DNA of 64,000 bases, taken from IMG/VR virus record IMGVR_UViG_2770939586_000001. One strand, given 5' to 3'. This document shows positions 30,044 through 38,353 of the stretch, piece by piece (the stretch's first letter is position 1; every line of letters begins with the position of its first letter). Under the pieces are notes generated by a model, which saw nothing but the letters and a program-made list of their open reading frames with translations, was not told the DNA's origin and searched no databases. Made by a program: the position numbers and the translations under genes. Source of the DNA: a virus (Duplodnaviria; Caudoviricetes).

Positions 30044-30895
30044 ATGGGATATAAATTTCTTTCGGGGACTTGTTTAGTGTCTAATATTTACGAAACATTT
30101 ACAGGACTATTGGCGGCGGCAGGTTGGCAAAATATTAGTTCTAAACCAGCAACTGACTACGAAGTATGGTATTCTTCTGGTGGGCAGGGTAATAAACGAT
30201 TAATTATTCAACTAAGGAAAGATTCGAACAGTAATGTAGGTTACAGATTTATTGCTGATTATACTCCAGGTGCAGCGGGGGGAGGGGGAACTATACAACG
30301 AACAACAGCAGGATGGAGAAGTTGCAGGTTTTTCTCCAACGCTTTCGCAAGTTCTTATCCTCAATCAAATCAAGTGTCTTACAAGTACCATGCCAATAAA
30401 GACAGGTTAATATTCTATTGTGAAGCTACTTATTTAGATGTAACGATGTACAACGGTGTTATTTATCTAGGTTCACCAGACGTTATGTACCATAACGAAC
30501 CTGGTAGTAAATCTTTGTGTTTGTTAGCCGGTGGTAATTATAGTTATTCAAATTATTACGGAGATATTAGTGATGCTTTAGATGGAAGGATAACATCTAG
30601 CGATACCATTTATTGCTCTCCTACTTATATAGGGGGAAGTTATACAGATATCACAAAAAGTCCGAGTCCCCAAGGAAACTATGTATTTACACCTCACTAC
30701 GTAAAAGATGGCAACAATGATTTACGTGGTAAGCTAACGGGATTGTATATTATCTATGCCAAAGGAGCATTACATGGAGATATAGTGAAGATTGGAACAA
30801 GAAGTTTTTATCTTGCCATGATGACAGGAAGTTATGGCTTCTTTCGGACATCTACGGTAGCTGAGTACATCACTTTTTTAGCGTTCGAGGTGTAG
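30044..30895 (+). CDS. Tail fibre/receptor-binding candidate, distant relative of the 17765-22458 family
   Basis: L..AGW N-terminus and PSP...P.YV...LRGKL.GLY.I..KG C-terminus. Tyr/Ser/Gly-rich. Confidence 0.55.
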   Translation: MGYKFLSGTCLVSNIYETFTGLLAAAGWQNISSKPATDYEVWYSSGGQGNKRLIIQLRKDSNSNVGYRFIADYTPGAAGGGGTIQRTTAGWRSCRFFSNAFASSYPQSNQVSYKYHANKDRLIFYCEATYLDVTMYNGVIYLGSPDVMYHNEPGSKSLCLLAGGNYSYSNYYGDISDALDGRITSSDTIYCSPTYIGGSYTDITKSPSPQGNYVFTPHYVKDGNNDLRGKLTGLYIIYAKGALHGDIVKIGTRSFYLAMMTGSYGFFRTSTVAEYITFLAFEV

Positions 30896-30896
30896 C

Positions 30897-31151
30897 ATGG
30901 CTACGTTTAATGGGCTTATTTTAGATGAGAATGGTGAAGATTTACTTCTCGCATCGCCACCTCCATCGCGTACTCTTGCAGAAGGTATTCTTATTGAGGA
31001 AGATAATGAAGATGATATTTTATTAGCTTCCTCCCCGCCTGCTCGTATTTTTACGGGTGGATTGCTGATCGAAGAAAACACCTGCGAAAACATGTATAAA
31101 CCACCACGTCAGTTTCCGCTTGAAATAAGTTGGACCAAAGGAAGTGATTGA
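30897..31151 (+). CDS. Small acidic protein with an internal tandem repeat
   Basis: G.LI.E..ED.LLAS.PP.R repeated about 2.5 times. RBS GAGGTG. Confidence 0.6.
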   Translation: MATFNGLILDENGEDLLLASPPPSRTLAEGILIEEDNEDDILLASSPPARIFTGGLLIEENTCENMYKPPRQFPLEISWTKGSD

Positions 31152-31437
31152 TTTGGAAGAAGTAAAACGAATCACACTATCCCCTAACATAGAACGCGTA
31201 TTCGCGTATACCAAGCCTCAACATAAAGTAGAGGTTCATAACTTGGGAGATGGAAATTTATATTTCAGACGCGATGGTGTAGCTACAGTAAATGGAGAAA
31301 ACTGTGTGAAAATCCCTAGTGGATTTGGGATGACGTATTCACCTAAAGCAACATGGCTGTCCTTGCACGTAATCAGCGATACAGGCACAGAGGTACAAAT
31401 TGTACAAGTACGTGGAGAGTTAGACAGGTACATGTAA
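31144..31437 (+). CDS. Small beta-rich tail-module protein
   Basis: ORF coupled to its neighbours. Confidence 0.6.
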   Translation: MIDLEEVKRITLSPNIERVFAYTKPQHKVEVHNLGDGNLYFRRDGVATVNGENCVKIPSGFGMTYSPKATWLSLHVISDTGTEVQIVQVRGELDRYM

Positions 31438-31449
31438 GGAGATGGTAAG

Positions 31450-32226
31450 ATGTATCCGATTAAACTGCCTTCCGGTAGTAGTGTAGGTACTAGTCCACAT
31501 AATCATGATGATATTTATTACAGAAAAAATACGGTAGATATATTACTAGATAATAAAGCTTCACTTAGTTATGAACATGCGACAACGGGTGATGTGTCAT
31601 TATATATTGATGCAGTGACAGGAAACGATACCAATGATGGTATAGCACCAGAAACGGCATTACAGACAATAGGAGCTGCTATTGCCAAGATTCCACAGAT
31701 CGTAAACCATACAGTTATGATTCATGTTGTACACGGACATAAATCAGATGAAGTGATTACACTAAGTGGAATAAGTGGTAAAGGTACTATTAAAATATGT
31801 GGAGGGAAAGAGGTAGAAGAATCGCAAAATTATGTTGTCAAGCAGGTATCTATTCACAACGTTTCGATACCTGTTCAGGTTACTGGAATACGGGCGAATA
31901 TTGGTGACGGTACCGCTTTCTATGTTACAGCATCTATGTCTGTGAAATTATACGGATGTAGTGCAGTAACTCCAATAAGCGTAGGTGGATGTGGTGTTGA
32001 AGTGTTATATTCAAATGTAACCACTGATTCTTGTGAGTTTTCGAATAAAGAACGAGCAGTAATAGCAAAACAGTGTGCTATCGTCCTAAGTAAAAACAAT
32101 ATAGGGATTGCTAATCATTATGCGTTATCTTCTTTTACAGGGGCAACTGTAGTGAAGTTAGGGACACAGCCAGAATACCTCATAGCGGCAGAATTAACAG
32201 AGGCAGGTGGTGTGATTCGAACATGA
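31450..32226 (+). CDS. Tail fibre/spike protein with a pectin-lyase-like beta-helix
   Basis: HNHDDIYYRK anchor motif and YIDAVTGNDTNDG...ALQTIGAAIAKIP. Confidence 0.7.
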   Translation: MYPIKLPSGSSVGTSPHNHDDIYYRKNTVDILLDNKASLSYEHATTGDVSLYIDAVTGNDTNDGIAPETALQTIGAAIAKIPQIVNHTVMIHVVHGHKSDEVITLSGISGKGTIKICGGKEVEESQNYVVKQVSIHNVSIPVQVTGIRANIGDGTAFYVTASMSVKLYGCSAVTPISVGGCGVEVLYSNVTTDSCEFSNKERAVIAKQCAIVLSKNNIGIANHYALSSFTGATVVKLGTQPEYLIAAELTEAGGVIRT

Positions 32227-32534
32227 AAGGTATTATATTTAGAGTTGATACAAGGGAAGTCGTTTTAATTATTGACCATGTAAAAAAGACACTACCAGAT
32301 AGTGTTATTGGTGCAAATGCCTCTATTAGTGGTATTAACAACACGCAAGTTGATTATACGATAACGCTAGATACAGACTTACAAGTAGGAGAGATACTAT
32401 CTATAGACGCATATGAGCTATACAAATACACATTGGCAGTATCGAATGAAGCCCTGCATATTGATGATGTACCTGATAAGTATCGTGAAGCAGTACAACG
32501 GGTGGTAGAAGGACAAATATACGGGAATAATTGA
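32223..32534 (+). CDS. Hypothetical tail-fibre accessory protein
   Basis: ATGA overlap with the previous gene; IDDVPDKYREAV C-terminal motif. Confidence 0.55.
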   Translation: MKGIIFRVDTREVVLIIDHVKKTLPDSVIGANASISGINNTQVDYTITLDTDLQVGEILSIDAYELYKYTLAVSNEALHIDDVPDKYREAVQRVVEGQIYGNN

Positions 32535-32827
32535 ATTTGATAGGTATACGTGAGGAGATGATATGTGTTGTAGTAAATTGCAGTACAGGGGCAACACACG
32601 AGGAAAATTTTGAGTTTATACCGCATGTGCCGACTGTGGAAGAACTGCTCGCTCGAATTCGTCAGGAACGCAATGCAAAACTCTTGGTGTGTGACTGTAC
32701 TGTACTGCCATGCTCGCCGTTGTCGGATGAACAAAGGCAAGCATGGATAGAATACCGGCAGGCTCTAAGAGATTTCACTGAGATATGTGATCTAGCAAAT
32801 GTAGTGTGGCCGAAGATTCCCGAATAG
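32531..32827 (+). CDS. Tail fibre assembly chaperone-like protein (start probably near 32558)
   Basis: IRQERNAKLL..D.T.LP.SPL...W.EYRQALRD...WP..P. Confidence 0.75.
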   Translation: MNLIGIREEMICVVVNCSTGATHEENFEFIPHVPTVEELLARIRQERNAKLLVCDCTVLPCSPLSDEQRQAWIEYRQALRDFTEICDLANVVWPKIPE

Positions 32828-32858
32828 ATTAAATTTGGTTATTAATATAGTATGGAAC

Positions 32859-32893
32859 AAAAAGCCGCCCTTCATTTTGAGGAGCGACTTTTT
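32859..32893. terminator. Bidirectional terminator ending the tail operon
   Basis: AAAAAGCCGCCCTTCA...TGAGGAGCGACTTTTT. Confidence 0.7.
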
Positions 32894-32919
32894 GTTTATG
32901 ATTTCCTAAAGTATTTTTA

Positions 32920-33642
32920 TTAACGATTAGAGAGAAGGAATTTGAACATAATTTTAAGATCTTCTTTATTGGCTTCAAATGTGCGTAGTTTTTCATTTGC
33001 TGACTCTTCTAAAACTTGTTTAATCTCCTCATATCCATTTAAGATGCTGAATGCTTGAAGATAATCAAGTAACCCATCCTGTTTACTTATCTCTTCCTCA
33101 AGGGCTGTTATTGCATCTAATCGCCCTTTTTTATCCCAATAAATAGAAATGTTGTTTTTAATTAACTTTAGGCCGTGTTCTTCAATATACTGATCATTTT
33201 TTTCGTGGTTGTTTTCATCCAAATCCAGAATTATTACTGGTTCTTCAAGTGCTAATAAATTGTACCATTGAGGTTGCATTTTATGAAAAGCTAAGTAATT
33301 AGCGAGGAGCCGCATTCCTTGGCTTACTAAATCAGCTGTTGTGTATGGCGTCCCATTGATTAAGTAAATATAAGGGGCCTCACTTTTATTTGTTTTACTT
33401 TTAGTAGTCATTACTTCTATTAAATCATTCATTAATTGAGAACGACTAACAGCACGCGGCATTTTATCAAAATCAATATCGGTTGACTCATTCTCCTTTT
33501 CTATCGTTGTTTTAACTCCAAGATCTGATAATATAGAGTATTTACCTAAGCACATCATGTCTAAACGAGATAAATTTTCTTTTTCTAGTACCAAACTTGT
33601 CCTAATTTTCTCTGGACTGCCGTCTGTGTTGATTACCTTCAT
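32920..33642 (-). CDS. Hypothetical protein with a possible ribbon-helix-helix-like N-terminus
   Basis: KIRTSLVLEKENLSRLD ... SRSQLMNDLIE. RBS AAGGAG. AT-rich. Confidence 0.55.
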   Translation of the reverse strand: MKVINTDGSPEKIRTSLVLEKENLSRLDMMCLGKYSILSDLGVKTTIEKENESTDIDFDKMPRAVSRSQLMNDLIEVMTTKSKTNKSEAPYIYLINGTPYTTADLVSQGMRLLANYLAFHKMQPQWYNLLALEEPVIILDLDENNHEKNDQYIEEHGLKLIKNNISIYWDKKGRLDAITALEEEISKQDGLLDYLQAFSILNGYEEIKQVLEESANEKLRTFEANKEDLKIMFKFLLSNR

Positions 33643-33810
33643 TTCTAAGCACTCCTTTTTATCAAAATAATTATTACTTAATTTATTACTAAAATCATAA
33701 ATATTAAGGAGGTAAATGTCAATACTTTCTTGATGAATTGTAAATCACTTAAAAGATAGGGATATTTTTCATTGGGATTGTCGATGTTAGATGGAGAAGA
33801 GGTGATATTT

Positions 33811-34287
33811 TTGGAATATGTGCTACCGATCATAGTAGTGGCAGGAGCCATACTGATTCTATCTTGTTTAAAACCGATTGAGCCAACATTTTCGAAAGTT
33901 GACTGGTCACAGCGAAGAAAATGCCAATCAAACCCGGAAAAGCTAATGTTTGATGCGTTGGCAAAATGGGATGTAGTAATTCTGACCCAAGTTCCGATTA
34001 AGCAGTATCAAATTGACTTATTCTTACCTAAGTATAAATTGGCTATTGAGTGCGACAGCATATTTCACGATACGCCAGAAGCGCAGGAGCGTGACAGGAA
34101 AAAAGATGTTGCTATTACGGAGGCGGGATGGAAAGTTATCAGGGTACGGGATGAAGAAATAAAGAAGGATATGACAGGCGTATTATCTAAAGTTGCTCAA
34201 GCGATGGATTGGACACCGGAAGAAGCTAATAAGAAAGACGATGAATCTGCGATAAAAGATCAAATTCAGCAAAAGGCATCCCGATAA
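33811..34287 (+). CDS. DUF559 (Vsr-like PD-(D/E)xK) endonuclease with an N-terminal membrane anchor
   Basis: QVPIKQYQIDL...KLAIECDSIFH...ERDRKKD...GWKVIRV. Hydrophobic VLPIIVVAGAILILS. RBS GAGGTGA before a TTG start. Confidence 0.8.
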   Translation: MEYVLPIIVVAGAILILSCLKPIEPTFSKVDWSQRRKCQSNPEKLMFDALAKWDVVILTQVPIKQYQIDLFLPKYKLAIECDSIFHDTPEAQERDRKKDVAITEAGWKVIRVRDEEIKKDMTGVLSKVAQAMDWTPEEANKKDDESAIKDQIQQKASR

Positions 34288-34302
34288 TGATGGATGCCTT
34301 TT
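34271..34302 (+). terminator. Terminator after the DUF559 gene
   Basis: AAAAGGCATCC...GGATGCCTTTT. Confidence 0.75.
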
Positions 34303-34370
34303 CTTATGGTAATAATTATTTTCCAATCGCGGATAATACAGTTATACATAATGAAAGGAGTATGGTTCAA

Positions 34371-34718
34371 ATGGAAAAAAGAGATTTTTCTTGGGAACAC
34401 TATGAGCAACTTTTAAAACAAAACAGGAAGTTAGCCCAAGAAAATAAATGGTTACATGAACGTATGGTAGAGAAAGATGAGAATATCCAAGAGAAGGACG
34501 AATTAATTTTTGCACAGAATCTTTATTTAGATGATGCAGATGAAAAAGTTTCCAAACTTACTGAAACAGTAAAAGATAATCAAAGCAAAGGAGCTTCCAT
34601 ACTAAAAGCATCAAGCGATACACTAAAGGGAGTAGAGGAAGTAACTTCAGACGTTAAGATTAGGATAGTGCCCTTGGATGGAACTTCTTGTAGTCCTGCA
34701 ATTTCTTCTCCATCGTAA
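34371..34718 (+). CDS. Coiled-coil hypothetical protein
   Basis: RBS GAAAGGAG upstream of ATG 34371. Its 3' end overlaps the recombinase gene. Confidence 0.5.
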   Translation: MEKRDFSWEHYEQLLKQNRKLAQENKWLHERMVEKDENIQEKDELIFAQNLYLDDADEKVSKLTETVKDNQSKGASILKASSDTLKGVEEVTSDVKIRIVPLDGTSCSPAISSPS

Positions 34719-35529
34719 CAGCCGTATAGCGTTCAGTGGTTGCGATAGTTTCATGCCCCATAAACTCCTGAATAGTACGTAGATCAGCCCCGTTACTGAG
34801 CAAATCAGTCGCAAATGAGTGGCGCAACTTATGCGGCGTGATGTTCGCATTACCGCGCCATTTCCGAATTACTTCCCCAACTTGCCATGCGCATAGTTGG
34901 GGTTTCTTTTTGCCTGGGAACAGATACATCGGATCGCCGTTGCCATCTACCCTCCTCTCATGTAGCCATTCTGCAATCATGTCCATTGTTGCTGGAGCCA
35001 GTGGCACAATGCGCTCCTTATTGCCTTTGCCAAATACCAGAATATATCCTTGGTGATTAATGTCGCTTACCCTGATACCGACAAGTTCACTACGCCGTAC
35101 ACCGGTGCAGTACAGAAGTTCAATCATCAGTTTATCACGCAGGTTGTCGATTTTATCTACGGTTGCGTCAATATCCTGTACATCAACTGGGCGTGGCAGC
35201 TTCTTCTCCTGCTTTGCGCCTTCAACTAGGATAGCAGGATTGTTTTGGAGGCTTCCTTTTTTAACAAGAAACTTGAAGTATGTCTTGATAGCTGAAAGTT
35301 TACGGTTAGAAGTGGCGGCGCTACAGCCTTGCTTGCGTACACCAATGATGAAATCGGAAATGTCATGTGGAGTCACTTCGGAGTAAGGCTTGGTGATGGA
35401 GGAAAGGAACTGGTTAATATCGCGACAGTAGCCATCAAGTGTGTTCTCAGACAGGTTACGCTCATAGCGCAGGTAATTTTTGAAATCCTCAATCATACGT
35501 ATCATCTCCTTATATCTACTTTCCGACAC
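34660..35529 (-). CDS. XerC/XerD-like tyrosine recombinase
   Basis: SAM-like N-domain (YLRYERNLSENTLDGYCRD). Catalytic motifs TGVRRSE, GKGNKER, HKLRHSFAT, MGHETIATTERY. Confidence 0.93.
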   Translation of the reverse strand: MSESRYKEMIRMIEDFKNYLRYERNLSENTLDGYCRDINQFLSSITKPYSEVTPHDISDFIIGVRKQGCSAATSNRKLSAIKTYFKFLVKKGSLQNNPAILVEGAKQEKKLPRPVDVQDIDATVDKIDNLRDKLMIELLYCTGVRRSELVGIRVSDINHQGYILVFGKGNKERIVPLAPATMDMIAEWLHERRVDGNGDPMYLFPGKKKPQLCAWQVGEVIRKWRGNANITPHKLRHSFATDLLSNGADLRTIQEFMGHETIATTERYTAVTMEKKLQDYKKFHPRALS

Positions 35530-35602
35530 CTACTTTATCATCTGCCATAATATTTTACAACAATATTCAGAAAATAATTATCGGGATAATTTTTCGTTTC
35601 GA

Positions 35603-35636
35603 CTGAAATTCTGTGGAGATGTCCCGTATAGAGTAT
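35603..35636 (+). promoter_or_regulatory. Phage ECF-type promoter motif, copy 1
   Basis: CTGAAA-N16-CGTATAGAGTAT. Confidence 0.75.
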
Positions 35637-35682
35637 ACGAACAGAAAATGAGGGGGAGGTGAAATAAAAAAATCAGTTTCCA

Positions 35683-35716
35683 CTAAAATTTATTCTTTGT
35701 GCAACGTATAGAGTAT
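35683..35716 (+). promoter_or_regulatory. Phage ECF-type promoter motif, copy 2
   Basis: CTAAAA-N16-CGTATAGAGTAT. Confidence 0.75.
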
Positions 35717-35741
35717 GTGAGCAAGCAAAAAGGAGATGACA

Positions 35742-36061
35742 TGATGAGAAAAAAGATTTGGTACTGGATTATTCCGTCATATCGTCGATTACATGATGAT
35801 CGCGAAATGATGCTTGCCCATCTTGAAGCGACTCACCACAACCTGCATTTGTACGAGCGACTGTATCAGGAGATGGCAGACGTGGTTGTAAAGCAAGATG
35901 AATGTATCCGGTTCCTGCGTGATGACCGGGACAAGTCGGGAGAGAAAGTAGATAAGTTGGCAAAGATGATCAATGAGGTGATCGAAGAAGATGGTGTAAG
36001 TGAAGTACAGGCAGCTACTGCGCAGGAGATTACCGATGGAATCAGGCAGGTTGGAGTATGA
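35742..36061 (+). CDS. Hypothetical coiled-coil protein
   Basis: RBS AAGGAG before ATG; first gene after the promoter pair. Confidence 0.6.
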
Positions 36062-36513
36062 AAGCGTACCTGAATCGGCAAGAACGCGAGAACATTGTCA
36101 CCATGCTGGTGTTCGAGCTGACGATGGACAGCCTACTTCAAGCAAGTCCGCGAGTGCAGAAACTGTTTGGTAAGCATTGGTCTGATATGAAGCGGGCGCG
36201 GACGTATATTCACAAAGCGTTGAAGGAGGGGCTTGCCGAATCGCTTGACCAGAAGGAGATTTTACGCATTCACAAAATCGCGCAGAAATGTGACTTCATC
36301 GTGCGTGAACGTGCCGGGAAGCCGTTACCGGATAAACGGGTGGTAGCGGTGCCGGATACGTTGATAGCGGATTTGGCTGAGTTGGCGATTGCTAACCATT
36401 GTCGGGACTGCAAGCGGTGTGATTGGCAGGAGTGTCGCGTGTTTACGGTGATGCAGGAAGCAGATATTCCGGCAGCACATATGGAGACGGGCGATTGTCC
36501 GTATCGGCAGTAA
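36058..36513 (+). CDS. Conserved phage protein with a C-terminal Cys cluster (DUF5651-like)
   Basis: YLNRQER N-terminus; HCRDC..C....C...CPY. Confidence 0.6.
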   Translation: MKAYLNRQERENIVTMLVFELTMDSLLQASPRVQKLFGKHWSDMKRARTYIHKALKEGLAESLDQKEILRIHKIAQKCDFIVRERAGKPLPDKRVVAVPDTLIADLAELAIANHCRDCKRCDWQECRVFTVMQEADIPAAHMETGDCPYRQ

Positions 36514-36536
36514 TCATGATGAATGGCGGTGGATGT

Positions 36537-37037
36537 GTGAGCCATGAATTTTACATTACGCCGGAGGAATACAAAAGAGCACAGCAGAATGGCATTGATG
36601 CTGCAAACCTAGAACGGCGTATTCATTTGTTGGGTTGGAAGAAGGAAAGGGCTATGAATACCCCTTTGAGAGAAAAGTTGGACCGGGGTGAGTGGGCGAA
36701 AATTGCAGAACAAAACGGCATCAAGTACGACACGTTCATGAGCCGTGTGAACGTCTATGGATGGGATGAGGAACGAGCTGCTACCCAACCGTTACAGGAT
36801 AGAAAAGCGGCGGCATTGAAAGGTACAGAAAAGAATCGAGTATATGATCCTGCACATGTAGAGTTGGCGGCTAAAAACGGAATTGCGTACCATACTTTTG
36901 TGCGCAGGATAAAGCGAGGATGGGATTCTGAGAGAGCGGCTACAGAACCAGTCATGACAGCGAGTACAGCAGGTAGAAAAGGTAAGGAGAAAACCATAGA
37001 GTTGTATGGTGACTGGAATAGATTTTCGTTTAAGTAA
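36537..37037 (+). CDS. Repeat-HTH phage protein (PVL ORF50/SA1788-like)
   Basis: Three A.QNGI...TF..R...GWD.ERAAT.P repeats. Confidence 0.75.
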   Translation: MSHEFYITPEEYKRAQQNGIDAANLERRIHLLGWKKERAMNTPLREKLDRGEWAKIAEQNGIKYDTFMSRVNVYGWDEERAATQPLQDRKAAALKGTEKNRVYDPAHVELAAKNGIAYHTFVRRIKRGWDSERAATEPVMTASTAGRKGKEKTIELYGDWNRFSFK

Positions 37038-37051
37038 AGGAGATGTGATGC

Positions 37052-37642
37052 ATGACGAGTAAAGAAGAAGTTGCTGTTGCACTACGCTACATGCTGCCCA
37101 CATTCGATGCAGAAAGCTATGTATTTGCCTGCATAGGGACGGACCGTTCGACAGGAGATAGTCTGGGGCCGTTAGTTGGCAGTAAGCTAGCGGCGGACGG
37201 ATATGATGTGATTGGCACATTAGATAAGCCGCTACATGCGGTGAATTTAGAAGAACGATTAAGCCAAGTGCCAGCGGGGAAAACGGTGATTGCGATTGAT
37301 GCCTGCTTAGGGAGTATGAGGAAGGTTGGTACAGTTAGCGTAACGGAGGGACCGCTCAAGCCAGGTGCCGGAGTTGGCAAGAAGCTAGTAGAAGTAGGAG
37401 ATTACCATATCAAAGCGTTTGTAAATGTCGGAACACCTAACTACGCAGAAAATTATTTTAATTTAGCAAATACCAGATTGTCGATTGTATTTAAACTTGC
37501 AAGTGTCATCTGTGATGCCATTATGGAGGTGATTGCACCTGTGGTTTTCGAAGAAGTTGCGGCGAGTGAAGATACAGACAGATTTTCAGCTGGATTATCC
37601 GATCAGCAAGAGCAGAAGATTGTAGATGAATGTATCGGTTGA
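37052..37642 (+). CDS. yyaC: YyaC-family (DUF1256) spore protease-like protein
   Basis: CIGTDRSTGDSLGPLVG, PLHAVNL, IAIDACLG, GPLKPGAGVGKKL..VGD. Confidence 0.9.
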   Translation: MTSKEEVAVALRYMLPTFDAESYVFACIGTDRSTGDSLGPLVGSKLAADGYDVIGTLDKPLHAVNLEERLSQVPAGKTVIAIDACLGSMRKVGTVSVTEGPLKPGAGVGKKLVEVGDYHIKAFVNVGTPNYAENYFNLANTRLSIVFKLASVICDAIMEVIAPVVFEEVAASEDTDRFSAGLSDQQEQKIVDECIG

Positions 37643-37762
37643 GGTGGCGAGATATACGCAGGAGAAAGCGTATGGGACGTAAATGGAGATATGCTACATC
37701 AGCGCGATGAGTGTGCGGTGAGATACGTGAAAGGGATAGCGTGCGAGAAAATAGCTGAGTGA
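37643..37762 (+). pseudogene. In-frame continuation after the yyaC TGA: small Zn-finger module (CIG*GGEIY...LH....C)
   Basis: The frame stays open for 39 codons after the TGA. It resembles small phage CxxC..H..C proteins. Confidence 0.55.
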
Positions 37763-37780
37763 TGTTGGGAGGATGAACAT

Positions 37781-38053
37781 TTGAATACTGTCACACGCAA
37801 AGATATAGCGTTCAGATTGGGCATCGTAACACGAACTAAAAAGCCGCATGTGCCACTGATTGAAGCTGTACTGTCTGAATTAGATGTGAGACCACTTAAT
37901 AGAAGTCGGACAAGGGCAGAGTTTGAGGAAAGCTCTATCCAGCAGGTGCGTCAGTGGTTTTATGAGCGAGTAGGAATTGAGTTTCCAGAGTTTATAGAAG
38001 CAAATAGCCAGCGTTTTCAAGTTCGGTATTTGCCAGAAGAGGATGCATCATAA
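37781..38053 (+). CDS. Hypothetical DNA-binding-like protein
   Basis: RBS GGGAGG, TTG start, TRKDIAFRLGI. Confidence 0.6.
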   Translation: MNTVTRKDIAFRLGIVTRTKKPHVPLIEAVLSELDVRPLNRSRTRAEFEESSIQQVRQWFYERVGIEFPEFIEANSQRFQVRYLPEEDAS

Positions 38054-38094
38054 AAAATGACCTGCCGAAGCAGGCCGCTCGAAAATCAGTCTAT
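38052..38094 (-). ncRNA. Putative short antisense RNA with its own sigmaA promoter and terminator
   Basis: Minus strand TTGCTA-N18-TACAAT with an extended TG (38101-38130). Terminator GGCCTGC-UUCG-GCAGGTC followed by AUUUUUU. Confidence 0.6.
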
Positions 38095-38167
38095 GCCAAC
38101 ATTGTAGCAGGGTTCTTGTTTCAGTAGCAAATAGCCTTGAAATTTGCATACACAGGAGATGATATGC

Positions 38168-38353
38168 ATGGAATTAACCGAGCAGCAACGAGCTGATATT
38201 AAACACCTGCTTACCAATTTATCTGGTAGTTTTTATGATGCTGGATACTTGGCTGGCATGAAAGATTTAGGAGATGCAGTTGGGATTGATATGAATGAAA
38301 TCGTGGAAGAAGTCGCGGATCAGTATTACAGGGAGATGGAGGAAATAGTATGA
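38168..38353 (+). CDS. Small hypothetical protein
   Basis: RBS AGGAG; translationally coupled to the next gene. Confidence 0.55.
   Translation: MELTEQQRADIKHLLTNLSGSFYDAGYLAGMKDLGDAVGIDMNEIVEEVADQYYREMEEIV

Noticed and set aside
34287-34370. N-terminal part of ORF 34287-34718 as given in the ORF track
   Set aside because: It overlaps a terminator hairpin. The RBS supports a start at 34371.
35530-35600. dif-like or attP site next to the recombinase
   Set aside because: AT-rich, but no convincing 11-6-11 inverted-arm structure or match to the Bacillus dif site could be identified.
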